Sequence record: MH595538.1
DNA: 64,000 nucleotides
Strand: one strand, 5' to 3'
Position numbers and translations under genes: made by a program. How positions within the stretch are numbered: position 1 is the stretch's first letter; the number at the start of each line of letters is the position of its first letter. A model generated the notes under the pieces. That model saw nothing but the letters and a program-made list of their open reading frames with translations. It was not told where the DNA came from and searched no databases. Positions 1 through 9,720 of the stretch are shown here, piece after piece.

Positions 1-38
1 GCGTACTGAAATGCGTTTTCTACGCGACTAATAGTATC

Positions 39-66
39 TGTAACTGTGGCTTTTGTCACAGTTACA
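39..66 (+). terminator. Hairpin, probable terminator of upstream unit
   Basis: TGTAACTGTGGC-TTTT-GTCACAGTTACA inverted repeat just before the first ORF. Confidence 0.55.
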
Positions 67-85
67 ATAACTTACAGGAATAATT

Positions 86-1018
86 ATGTCTCAGCAGCAA
101 TCTTTCGATAAAAGAAAAAATTATCATCTCTACGCACCTTATTTCAAAATTATTAATTTCCGACAGTTTAAAAATGCGGCTGATCACGCTAAAACAAACA
201 GAGGCATATACCATGCCAAGCGAGTGGAAGGTCTTTTACCTCCTTATGCGGCCTGTATGCTAGACGTACATCCCGTTGTGTCTTTATATCGGGGCATCAA
301 GGTAGGTCCCTATATTTACGCCCAGCTATGGGACAAAGATCTAAACTTGTTTTACGCCAGAATAAAATGCGGAGTTAACGATGAGCCTTCTATATCTGAA
401 CGCAGTCGCAGGAATAGCCGCGACTGGGAACAGGTTCATTACGAGCGTCTATTCCACTATATGCGAACGGGCCGAATACTAGGCTATGGCGAAACTCTTA
501 CTCATACAGTCGGATTCCACAGCAATCGATACTATAACGAGGAAACATGGAAAACCATCTCTAAAGAAGAACGTAATTTCTTCCGTCGCAATGTCTATGC
601 AAATGAAACCGCTTTTCCTGTTAAACTCACCAATAGTTATTTTGAGCGCACGGAAGAATTGGTCTGGAGTAAATATCGTCGATATCGAGGTAAAGTTTGG
701 TTAACCCGAGGAATGATGCATCTCATCATTAATTGCTTCATGCTTCACATGCGGAGACTGAGGAAAACTTGTCCTCAGAAAAAAGCATTTGGCAGAATGA
801 TTGGCACTGCTATATCATGGGCGGCTTCCGGCTATAGCATGACTTACACTAATATGGAATTGGATGGTTCAGGTCGACTAAGTCATCTTCCTTACCTTTC
901 AAAAGAAGATAGGATTCACATATATTCATGCGTTGAAGATATTCCTGAAGGAACGTTCTTTCATGATAAAAAATACGACGAAGTACTCGGTCTATTAGAA
1001 AAGCAGTTAAGTAAATAA
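86..1018 (+). CDS. Hypothetical basic protein (310 aa)
   Basis: Long ORF, AGGA-type RBS, followed by a terminator; no motif recognised. Confidence 0.8.
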   Translation: MSQQQSFDKRKNYHLYAPYFKIINFRQFKNAADHAKTNRGIYHAKRVEGLLPPYAACMLDVHPVVSLYRGIKVGPYIYAQLWDKDLNLFYARIKCGVNDEPSISERSRRNSRDWEQVHYERLFHYMRTGRILGYGETLTHTVGFHSNRYYNEETWKTISKEERNFFRRNVYANETAFPVKLTNSYFERTEELVWSKYRRYRGKVWLTRGMMHLIINCFMLHMRRLRKTCPQKKAFGRMIGTAISWAASGYSMTYTNMELDGSGRLSHLPYLSKEDRIHIYSCVEDIPEGTFFHDKKYDEVLGLLEKQLSK

Positions 1019-1022
1019 CCAT

Positions 1023-1048
1023 TGCCTGTGTCCATATGGACACAGGCA
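1023..1048 (+). terminator. Intrinsic terminator
   Basis: Perfect palindrome TGCCTGTGTCCATATGGACACAGGCA after the stop, T-rich tract downstream. Confidence 0.7.
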
Positions 1049-1118
1049 TAGGAGTCCTTTTTTATTTTTTAGGAAATCCTTTAGGCCTGGCCTATATCCC
1101 TAGAGAAAGGAATTAACT

Positions 1119-2954
1119 ATGTATGATAATCTCATCACTCGCCTACTGCTTAAATCAGACGGCGGAGAAACATTGTTGCCTTGGTTATTAACTGCCGGTA
1201 ACACGATCACACAAGAGCGCATCTTGCCTTGGGATCAAACAAATGCTTATGCTGAAAATGAACTGGTTATTAACCCGTCTGACAATCACGTTTACCATGC
1301 TAATGCCGCTATCGTTGCCAATACCGCATGGAACGCTGCAGACTGGACACAGGTCGATACTCACGTAGGTTACGTTCAGCCTTATGATGAAAACCGTCAA
1401 TATGAACCTGATGATCTTGTTCACTTCAATGACAAACTGTTCGTAAGTAACAAAGCAACTACTGGCACGTTTGTTGTTGCGGACTGGGTTGAACTATCTA
1501 ATGACGGACAGATGCAAGACATCTTCGTTTACGATGACGACTCGGAAACAGGTACACGCAATGTTACCGACATCTATTTTGTAACTGCTGTTCCTGCTCC
1601 GTATGTACACATCCTTTACGATACAATCGTAGGTGTCGGTTCATCTTTAATGTCATCTATCGTGAAACTCAACAGTGTTTGGATTGATGCCGATGACAGC
1701 CCATTCCCATTCCGTGGTGTTGATATCCTAGGTCAAGCAAACCCTGGCGTCACACTACAGAATGTAAAAGACCGCATCGCGGATGACATCGCTCTAGCCA
1801 ACGGCAATACGCTATTCATAGTCATGGCAGGTACTAGTGACTGTAACACTTATCTAGCACCAGGCGGCATTGATGATAGCGACACAGGCGATATTCTGTC
1901 ATGGGAATCAATGACTACCGAACAGAAAACGACTGCTGAAGGTTTAATGCGTGACATCGTCACTGCGCTACAGCCTCATGGCGACGTAGCTATCGCATCA
2001 ATCCCTTATGTGGATCCACGTAGTGCTTTGTCCATTATGGCCGATAAAGGCCGTAACTTGCATGCAGGTTCATGGAATGACAATCTAGTTAGTCCGCTAT
2101 GTGAAGAACTAACACCTAACTGGTATGATGCAGGTAACGGAGCTCCCGTATTCGACTTCTACTCTGTAGGCTATGCAGACCCATCTATTCTAGATGACGA
2201 TAACCTGCACTACTATATGGATTACGATTACGACGCGACTGAGATCGGCTATGCCGATGGCGACGGTACGTTCTCAATGCGTGAATACATGATCAAGCGA
2301 CTTGCTGATATGGGTAACATTCCTGCTGCTCCGTTCGATACTGATAAGTATGAGAACCGTATCATTATCAACCTGGCTGATGATCCTACGTATACGCAGC
2401 GTCCAGCGATCCGTCGCAAGGCAAACAACATTGCTGTAGACAAAGACGCAGGCAACCAAGAAAACCTCACTGTGGGTTTCCTAGAAGGCGGTACGGTACC
2501 TGCTGGCTTAGCATTGGCTATCGAGTTCACTAGCCCTGGCGTTATTCGCCGAGGCATTACTGCCGATTCGATGCACTATGATGAAGGCATTCGTGATCCG
2601 AATATCCTAAATACCAGCATTAACATTATCAACAGTCGCACAATGACGATCAAGATTGCTAATGCAGGTAAAGGCCGTATTCAGATGGCTGGCCTATATC
2701 AGTCTACTGCTGAAAACGGAATGGAGACCGAAGTCACTTTCACTGATGACAATGGCGCTAAAACCATTACGTACAAGAACACACTAGACAACTCTGGCAG
2801 CTACACAGTAGAAGACTACTTTGGTGAAGCAGAGTATGACGTGCGTGTTGCTGGCGAGCTGGTATTGTCGTTTAACGGCATTGGCACCGATAATGCTTCT
2901 GACGACAGCAAATATTCTGGTGTTTCTGGCATCCTATTGGACATCGAAAAATAA
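1119..2954 (+). CDS. SGNH/GDSL-family hydrolase (esterase/deacetylase) with two N-terminal CBM5/12-like modules and a C-terminal beta domain; probable virion appendage
   Basis: SGNH blocks IVGVGSS (I), GQANPG (II), IVMAGTSD (III), DDDNLH (V); N-terminal repeats Y..D.V...LY.A.......W shared with the chitinase at 10541. Confidence 0.7.
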   Translation: MYDNLITRLLLKSDGGETLLPWLLTAGNTITQERILPWDQTNAYAENELVINPSDNHVYHANAAIVANTAWNAADWTQVDTHVGYVQPYDENRQYEPDDLVHFNDKLFVSNKATTGTFVVADWVELSNDGQMQDIFVYDDDSETGTRNVTDIYFVTAVPAPYVHILYDTIVGVGSSLMSSIVKLNSVWIDADDSPFPFRGVDILGQANPGVTLQNVKDRIADDIALANGNTLFIVMAGTSDCNTYLAPGGIDDSDTGDILSWESMTTEQKTTAEGLMRDIVTALQPHGDVAIASIPYVDPRSALSIMADKGRNLHAGSWNDNLVSPLCEELTPNWYDAGNGAPVFDFYSVGYADPSILDDDNLHYYMDYDYDATEIGYADGDGTFSMREYMIKRLADMGNIPAAPFDTDKYENRIIINLADDPTYTQRPAIRRKANNIAVDKDAGNQENLTVGFLEGGTVPAGLALAIEFTSPGVIRRGITADSMHYDEGIRDPNILNTSINIINSRTMTIKIANAGKGRIQMAGLYQSTAENGMETEVTFTDDNGAKTITYKNTLDNSGSYTVEDYFGEAEYDVRVAGELVLSFNGIGTDNASDDSKYSGVSGILLDIEK

Positions 2955-2958
2955 TACC

Positions 2959-2986
2959 TATACCTGGGGCAATTGCCCCAGGTATA
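2959..2986. terminator. Bidirectional terminator between convergent genes
   Basis: Perfect 28-nt palindrome TATACCTGGGGCAATTGCCCCAGGTATA. Confidence 0.75.
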
Positions 2987-2989
2987 TAT

Positions 2990-3724
2990 TTATGTTACTC
3001 TGACGATCAAGAAACCTTTCTCATCCACGATCATGTCAGTGCCCGGCAAGAACTCCTGGCTGGATGTAAAGACCAGTTCACCATTATCATTAACTGAAAA
3101 AGAAGAAGGACTATCTATCGGAACCGATAACTCTAGCTTACCTTCGGGACTAGATATTACATCAATTGAAAAGATAAGTTCATCAGGATTGATGTACTGA
3201 ATAACATCAGGAGATGACACATCTGCTCTTAGATTGTTATCATTAAGCTCGATAACTACAGCTTCTTCAATCTGTACATATTCTTGATCGCCATCAACTT
3301 GCTTATACCAGATCTCAGTAATTAAGTCACCAGTCTCTAGTTCAATCCAGTCATCCGCATTAAACTCCTGTACAGCCCCTGCGGCGGTTTTAACGTAAAT
3401 CTTATCCTCTTCTACCACCACATCTTCTTTTGCGTAACCACGGCTGAATACGGGCTTCGAAACAGTAGCATCAGGAACTGTGATTATTTCAGTATCGCTA
3501 GGTTGATGGACAACCGATATTGAACCGTCATCATCAAGATAAAGCGTTCCTGTTTTCACTCCTGTTGTAGAGTCTGATATCATCGGTACCAGTTCGCCAT
3601 GTTCTGTAAACATAGAACTGCGAATAGCAAGATAAGAGTCCTTGTCAATTAAGAACAAGTTAGTGGGGATTTTCGTTTCGCTAACCAGGGATATAATCCT
3701 GGCAAAAAAGGATGGCTTATCCAT
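2990..3724 (-). CDS. Hypothetical acidic beta-rich protein with C-terminal (D/N)xxGxL repeats; probable virion adaptor
   Basis: Start reassigned to 3724 (AGGAG RBS, MDKPSFF); C-terminus VNDNGELVF..IVDEKGFLIV resembles the C-terminus of 19930..20424. Confidence 0.7.
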   Translation of the reverse strand: MDKPSFFARIISLVSETKIPTNLFLIDKDSYLAIRSSMFTEHGELVPMISDSTTGVKTGTLYLDDDGSISVVHQPSDTEIITVPDATVSKPVFSRGYAKEDVVVEEDKIYVKTAAGAVQEFNADDWIELETGDLITEIWYKQVDGDQEYVQIEEAVVIELNDNNLRADVSSPDVIQYINPDELIFSIDVISSPEGKLELSVPIDSPSSFSVNDNGELVFTSSQEFLPGTDMIVDEKGFLIVRVT

Positions 3725-3828
3725 AGTTACTCCTAAGTACATCTTAACATAAGATTTCATCTAACTTAAATATGACAGGGATGATTCATGATGTAGGTAA
3801 AACTGCCATTGATCAAAAGAGAACGGAA

Positions 3829-4491
3829 ATGACAACCAAATTTATTGCCATCGAAGGCGTTGATTCAGTCGGTAAGGAAACCCAGACAAAACTACTCAAA
3901 GAGTGGCTTGGTACTTTCCTTGATTCTAAAAACATACATACTTATAGTTATCCTGATTATTCAAGTAAAACAGGCAAGCTAGTTAGATCTTATCTAAACG
4001 GTGAATTCGGAGATGCCGTTACAATGGATCCTCGTTTATCTGGGGCTCTATATTCCCTAGATCGTGTTAAAGCAAAAGGTGAATTTGATAACCTTATTGG
4101 CGCAGGCGATCAGGTCGTGCTACTGGATCGTTATGTCCACAGTAATTGTGCTCTGCAAGGCGCTAAAATAGAAGAAGCTGCAGAGCGTGAAGCGTTCTAT
4201 CGTCACTGTGAATCTCTGGAGTTCTTAGATCTAGGATTACCTCGTCCAGATATGATTATCTTCCTAGATGCCGACCCAGAAACCGCACAAGAACTCATGA
4301 AGAAGCGTACTGGCCAAGATAGAGATCAGCATGAGTCTAACTTGCCATTCTTAAAAGCAGCGCATCGCAATTACAAAGAGTTAGCCACTGATGATTCATG
4401 GGTAACGATTCCTTGTATAGCAGGCGGTGAAATGCGCTCTATTGAAGCAATCTCACTGAATATAAGAGCAGCTGTAAAACAACTATTCTAA
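3829..4491 (+). CDS. tmk: Thymidylate (dTMP) kinase
   Basis: P-loop IAIEGVDSVGKETQ, LLDRY motif, PDMIIFLD; start reassigned to MTTKFIAIEG. Confidence 0.92.
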   Translation: MTTKFIAIEGVDSVGKETQTKLLKEWLGTFLDSKNIHTYSYPDYSSKTGKLVRSYLNGEFGDAVTMDPRLSGALYSLDRVKAKGEFDNLIGAGDQVVLLDRYVHSNCALQGAKIEEAAEREAFYRHCESLEFLDLGLPRPDMIIFLDADPETAQELMKKRTGQDRDQHESNLPFLKAAHRNYKELATDDSWVTIPCIAGGEMRSIEAISLNIRAAVKQLF

Positions 4492-4567
4492 ATTAGTCTA
4501 TTGGATAGAAATAGGCAATAACCAATATTATACCTAGAGTAAAAATGTCATTAAGAGGAAAGATAAA

Positions 4568-5461
4568 ATGACGCAAACATTAGATGATATTCGAGTACTT
4601 AAACGCAATGGTAAATTGGAACCAGTAGACCTGGATAAGATTCACCGCGTATTACATTGGGCTGCTGAAGGCCTAGCCGGTATCTCAATATCCGACGTCG
4701 AATTAAAAGCTCACGTACAGTTCTTTGACGGCATCGAGACTAAAGACATCCATGATCTGTTAGTCAAAGCGGCAGCTGAGCTCATTACCGCAGAAGAACC
4801 AGACTATCAGTACTTCGCTGCACGCCTAAAGCTATTCTCATTGCGCAAAGAAGCATACGGTCAGTTTGAACCACCCAAACTGGTTGACCACATTAAAAAC
4901 ATGATTGACATTGGCAAGTATGACATGGAAATACTTGGCATGTATACGCCAGAAGATTTTGAATACTATGAAGGCATCATCAATCACTGGAATGACATGA
5001 ATTATGCTTACGCAGCCATGGAACAATTCTCTGGTAAATACTTAGTCAAGAACCGTGATACTGGCCGTATATATGAGACCCCTCAATTTATCAATATCAT
5101 GGCCCCTTTGACCATGTTTGGTAAATATCCAGAGCCTCAGCGTCGTGAACTTGTAACGGATTTCTATCAAGCTTTGGTTGACGGTAAGTTATCTCTACCA
5201 ACACCTATTATGTCAGGTGTGCGAACACCTACTCGCCAATTCAGCAGCTGTACTCTTATCGATTGTGATGATACTCTAGAGTCTATTATTGCGACCACTG
5301 GCGCTATTGTCCGCTATGCGGCTAAGCGAGCAGGCATTGGTATCAACGCAGGTCGTATTCGCGGTATTGGCTCTCCTATCCGTGATGGAGAAGCAGTATC
5401 GACAGGGGAAGTTGGTTTCCTTAAATTGTTTAACTCGGCAGTGGGATGCTGCTCACAGGGT
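4568..5461 (+). CDS. nrdA: Ribonucleotide reductase class Ia alpha subunit, exon 1 (with ATP cone)
   Basis: ATP cone VLKRNGKLEPVDLDKI; PTPIMSGVRTPTRQFSSC; ends CSQG at the U of the splice site. Confidence 0.95.
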
Positions 5462-5915
5462 GAATATTGCCCCGCATAGAGGTAACTCTATGTTGTAAAC
5501 TCCTTTAATTGCTGGGACTCCCTAAAGCTTGCTTGCCTCTTTGAGGAGCCGAAAGGCAGAAACAAGTAGCAAGATGGGCTAAGACGATAGTAAGTCTAAG
5601 GTCTTGATAATGGGACATCAGCCTTCGCATCAAGTAATGTGATTCAACGACTATCGAAAGCTTAACCTGAGAAGAAATATCTCGGGGGATGATAAGCTTA
5701 CCTGTGGGTAAGTGAAGCGAGTAGAGTACGGCCCAAGCGGGTGGGTTCCCAATCCCTTAAATGGAAACAAGGAGGGTCCTTGATTTGGTAACAGAATCAA
5801 GGATCGTGATATAGTCTCGTCAGTCAAACTTATCCCTTTCGGTTTGACATTCTATGGAAACATAGAGCTGCAGGTAATGCTGCGGACTGGTCTAGCGAAC
5901 CAGTTGAAGATTACG
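5462..5915 (+). mobile_element. Group I intron (IA-like, no ORF, 454 nt) in nrdA
   Basis: Removal restores CSQG|GVRKGSAT and a 762-aa NrdA; 5' exon ends in U, intron ends in G; P1 GGGU/GCCC with U.G pair; core elements AATTGCTGGGA (P), CAACGACTA (R), GATATAGTCT (S). Confidence 0.93.
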
Positions 5916-7310
5916 GGTGTAAGAAAGGGATCAGCAACTACCTTTTTCCCGATATGGCACATCGAAGCCCGTCAATTAATGGAACTTAAAAACAACCGTG
6001 GTGTTGAAGAAAACCGTGTTCGTACTATGGACTATGGTTTCCAGATTAACCGTTTCTTCTACGAGCGCCTACAGCGTGGTAAGACTATTCGTTTATTCTG
6101 TCCTTCAGAAGTTCCTGGGCTATACGAAGCATTCTTCCAAGATCAAGCTGAGTTTGCAAGACTGTATGAAAAGTATGAAAAGATGCCTCACTTGCGTCAT
6201 CATGATGTTGCCGCTAAAGATCTATTCGGTACATTGATGCAGGAGCGCGCTGGTACAGGCCGTATCTATATACAGCACGTCGACCATACAAACATGTACG
6301 GTAATTTCATTGAAGAAGAAGCGCCAACGTTCATGTCTAACCTGTGTGTAGAAATCACACTGCCTACTAAGCCACTCAAGTTTGATAACGACCCAGAAGG
6401 TGAAATTGCTCTATGTACTTTAGCGGCATTTAACCTTGGCGTGATTACACTCGAAGAGTTCCCTCGTTTGGCTGAACTGGTTGTGCGTTTCCTAGATGCG
6501 CTATTAGACTATCAAGATTATCCTTCTGAAGCAGCACGTAATTCATCGATGAAGCGCCGTACTTTAGGGGTTGGCATCATCAACTATGCATACTGGATCG
6601 CTAAGAATGGATTTAAGTATTCAGACGGCAGTGCAAACAACATGACTCACCTTTGGATTGAGAACATGCAGTACAGCCTAATGAAAGCATCAGTTCAGTT
6701 GGCAAAAGAGAAAGGTGCTTGTCCTGCGTTCAATCAAACTAAGATGGCCAAAGGTATTCTCCCGATTGATAATTACAAGCGTGAAGTCGATGAACTGCAT
6801 ACCCAAGAACTAACTTGCGATTGGGAAGGTCTGCGTGCCGATATCGCTAAGTATGGTATGCGTAACTCTACTATGTCTGCGTTCATGCCTTCTGAAACAT
6901 CATCTCAGATTGCTAATGCAACAAACGGCATTGAGCCACCTAACAAGCTTATGACTCGTAAGGCATCTAAAGACGGTATTCTTTCCCAGGTTGTACCTGA
7001 CGTCGAGAACTTACGTGACTCTTATGAGCTTCGTTGGAACATGCCAGACAACATTGGTTATATTCACCTAGTTGGCATTATGCAGAAGTTCGTATGTCAG
7101 GCAATATCTGCGAATACGAACTACGATCCTGCTAAGTTCCCAGGCGGAAAAGTGCCAATGAACGTTATGCTTAAAGAACTCATGACGTGTTATAAATATG
7201 GTGTTAAAACTCTGTACTATCATAACACGGAAGACGGTAGCAACGACCCAGTAGCTAACGCTATTGAGAAAGAAGACGAAAGCTGCGGCGGTGGTGGCTG
7301 TAAGATTTAA
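5916..7310 (+). CDS. nrdA: Ribonucleotide reductase class Ia alpha subunit, exon 2
   Basis: SNLCVEI (thiyl-radical Cys), LCTL, PSETSSQ, KTLYY, C-terminal CGGGGCKI redox tail. Confidence 0.95.
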   Translation, partial: GVRKGSATTFFPIWHIEARQLMELKNNRGVEENRVRTMDYGFQINRFFYERLQRGKTIRLFCPSEVPGLYEAFFQDQAEFARLYEKYEKMPHLRHHDVAAKDLFGTLMQERAGTGRIYIQHVDHTNMYGNFIEEEAPTFMSNLCVEITLPTKPLKFDNDPEGEIALCTLAAFNLGVITLEEFPRLAELVVRFLDALLDYQDYPSEAARNSSMKRRTLGVGIINYAYWIAKNGFKYSDGSANNMTHLWIENMQYSLMKASVQLAKEKGACPAFNQTKMAKGILPIDNYKREVDELHTQELTCDWEGLRADIAKYGMRNSTMSAFMPSETSSQIANATNGIEPPNKLMTRKASKDGILSQVVPDVENLRDSYELRWNMPDNIGYIHLVGIMQKFVCQAISANTNYDPAKFPGGKVPMNVMLKELMTCYKYGVKTLYYHNTEDGSNDPVANAIEKEDESCGGGGCKI

Positions 7311-7321
7311 TCCGGCACCAT

Positions 7322-7350
7322 AAGGGGAGGTGTGAATACTTCCCCTTTTT
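7322..7350 (+). terminator. Intrinsic terminator after nrdA
   Basis: AAGGGGAG...CTTCCCCTT hairpin plus T run. Confidence 0.7.
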
Positions 7351-7387
7351 TTAACTTATTAAAAATTGAATTTATCAGGAGACTAAA

Positions 7388-8092
7388 GTGTCTAAACAGG
7401 TTATCTTCAAAGCAGGTCCAACAAACTACCTTAATCAACCAATGTTCTTCGGCGACTCTGTATCAACCGCTCGCTATGATCAGCAGACATATCCGTTCTT
7501 TGAAAAGCTTATCGAAAAGCAGCTTTCATTCTTTTGGCGACCTGAAGAAGTAGATGTCTCTGCAGACCGTCGCGATTGGCAAGGACTCTCTAAAGCGGAG
7601 AAACATATCTTTATCTCTAATCTTCAGTATCAGACACTGCTAGATTCTATCCAAGGCCGTAGCCCCAATATCGCATTCTTGCCAATCACCTCAGTACCTG
7701 AAGTAGAGACATGGATTGAAACCTGGTCATTCTCAGAAACGATTCACTCTCGTTCGTACACGCATATTATGCGTAACATCCTCACAGGTGAAGAAATGGA
7801 CGAGGTGTTTAATGGCATTACTACCATTCCTGAAATCATTGCTCGCGCCGAGCGTTTTGGCCGTGCTTACGAAGAACTGATTGAATGCAACAATGCTCTG
7901 CTGCAGTCTAAAGTAGACGTACCTAACCGAGCTGAATTGGAGCGTGAACAAAAACGTAAGTTCCTGCGTGCCCTTGTAACAGTAAACGGTTTAGAAGCTT
8001 TAGCATTCTACGTATCATTTGCATGCTCATGGGCATTTGCCGAACGTTCTATCATGGAAGGTAACGCTAAGATCATTAGACTCATCGCCCGT
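7388..8092 (+). CDS. nrdB: Ribonucleotide reductase class Ia beta subunit, exon 1
   Basis: [45 protein letters not shown]. Confidence 0.95.
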
Positions 8093-9230
8093 TAATATGG
8101 CGGCTTCATGGAGTGATCCATGAATGCACACCTCGTGAAATCAGGGGACTCCGGTAACAGGAAATCCTGAGGTTGCTCTATATCAAATCACCTCCATATA
8201 AAACGTTTTGGTTTTATAGCGAGAGGTTTTATATGAAATGATTTGTTATGGTGAAATATGGATGGATCATAAAGAAAGACCTGATGATTATATTGTCAGT
8301 AATTTTGGCAGGGTCTTTTCCAGAAAAAGTTGTATGATGTTAAAGCAGTCACTAACCAAGGCAGGATATCTAACTTATGGGAGTAGGTTAGGATCGGTCC
8401 ATCGTTTGATTGTGACGCATTATTTAGGACCCATTCCCAAAGGAATGGTAGTTAATCATAAAAATGGAATTAAGACAGATAACTGGATTGATAACCTAGA
8501 GATAACTACTCATTCTGCTAATACCCAACATGCTTACGATACGGGTTTAGCCAAAGGGAAAAAGGGCGCTGCTAACTCACAGGCTAAAGTAACAGAAGAA
8601 ATCATTCTTGATATTTATAAGATGTTCGAAGCTGGCTTTAGTAACCAAGACATTAGTAAAAGATACGGACTGCATGACCGCTACGTATCTCTCATAAGAC
8701 ATGGAAAAAGATGGAAGTATCTGTATGTAAGATACGGTAAGACTTTCCCACGATCGTATGAATTTGTCTTTCGAAAAGAACAGATTCTTATGGCAAGGGA
8801 ACTATTACTCAAGGGCCATAACAATTTAACTATTGCAATGGCAACCGGAATAGAGAAGTCTAACATATCCAGATTCCGACATGGAAAAATGAATGCTTGG
8901 TGTGAGTGGATGGCAATATACGACAGAGCAACCGCAACGACTATCGAAAGCTTAACTTGAGAAGAAATCTCTCGAGGGATGATAAGCTTACCCGCGGGTA
9001 AGTGAAGCGAGTAGAGTACAGCCACAAGCTTATGGTGGTCCTGAAAGGGATAGCGGAGAAATCCGTAATGGAAGCGCGAGGGGTCTCTTATCTGGTAACA
9101 GGGTAAGAGATCATGATATAGTCTGGCCCGGCCTTAACGGCCTATCTGTGAATACACAGGTATCCTAGGTAATGCTAGGAGCAGTATATGAAACTATACG
9201 GGTGTGTTTTGCGAACACACTGAACATACG
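8093..9230 (+). mobile_element. Group I intron (1138 nt) in nrdB carrying a homing endonuclease
   Basis: Removal restores IAR|DETLHL and a 374-aa NrdB; exon ends in U, intron ends in G; P1 CCGU/GCGG; R (CAACGACTA) and S (GATATAGTCT) elements. Confidence 0.93.
8238..8960 (+). CDS. Intron-encoded HNH homing endonuclease (NUMOD4-HNH plus C-terminal HTH-like DNA-binding region)
   Basis: YIVSNFGRV (NUMOD4), VHRLIVTHY, VNHKNGIKTDNWIDNLE (HNH), HSANTQHA. Confidence 0.9.
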   Translation: MICYGEIWMDHKERPDDYIVSNFGRVFSRKSCMMLKQSLTKAGYLTYGSRLGSVHRLIVTHYLGPIPKGMVVNHKNGIKTDNWIDNLEITTHSANTQHAYDTGLAKGKKGAANSQAKVTEEIILDIYKMFEAGFSNQDISKRYGLHDRYVSLIRHGKRWKYLYVRYGKTFPRSYEFVFRKEQILMARELLLKGHNNLTIAMATGIEKSNISRFRHGKMNAWCEWMAIYDRATATTIESLT

Positions 9231-9650
9231 GATGAAACTTTACATTTAGCCGGCACACAGTACATGATCAATGAACTGGCTAAAGGCGCTCAAGGAGCTG
9301 AATGGAAAGAGCTCTTTGAAGAAATGCGTGATGAGCTAGGTGAGATCATGCTAGCTATTGCCATGCAGGAAAAAGAGTGGGGTCGCTACCTGTTTAAAGA
9401 CGGTACGATGATCGGCCTTAACTCAAACATTATAGACCAGCTTATCGAGTACTTCTGTAATATCCGTTGTGCGGCTATTAAACTAGATAAGCCTTTTGCA
9501 GAACAGAAAAAGAATCCAATTGGATGGTTTAACTCTTGGATTCAATCCGCCGGTGTTCAAGTAGCACCGCAAGAAACAGAGCAGTCTTCTTACCTTGTCG
9601 GTCAAGTAGATTCTACTATTGATGAAGACGCTCTAGACATGGATCTTTAA
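9231..9650 (+). CDS. nrdB: Ribonucleotide reductase class Ia beta subunit, exon 2
   Basis: DETLH iron ligands, EKEWGRYLF, VAPQETEQSSYLVGQ with the conserved Tyr. Confidence 0.95.
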   Translation, partial: DETLHLAGTQYMINELAKGAQGAEWKELFEEMRDELGEIMLAIAMQEKEWGRYLFKDGTMIGLNSNIIDQLIEYFCNIRCAAIKLDKPFAEQKKNPIGWFNSWIQSAGVQVAPQETEQSSYLVGQVDSTIDEDALDMDL

Positions 9651-9671
9651 CCGCACATAAGTGCACAACCC

Positions 9672-9698
9672 GAGTAGCTTTGTTAGACAGAGCTACTC
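9672..9698 (+). terminator. Hairpin/terminator after nrdB
   Basis: GAGTAGCTTTG-TTAGA-CAGAGCTACTC. Confidence 0.55.
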
Positions 9699-9720
9699 AA
9701 CTATTCTTTAGGAGAATATT

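Noticed and set aside
5844-5915. N-terminal 24 aa of the 488-aa ORF as an independent gene start
   Set aside because: This is intron sequence; NrdA similarity begins exactly at GVRKG (5916)
7332-7553. 73-aa overlapping ORF
   Set aside because: Alternate frame over the terminator and nrdB start; no RBS
8681-9025. 114-aa antisense ORF in the nrdB intron
   Set aside because: Shadow of the HNH gene and intron core; no RBS or motif
9204-9230. Start of the 148-aa ORF
   Set aside because: Intron 3' end; the coding exon begins at DETLH (9231)
4568-9650. Inteins or pseudogenisation of nrdA/nrdB
   Set aside because: The insertions contain stops and group I RNA hallmarks, and splicing restores full-length 762-aa and 374-aa proteins
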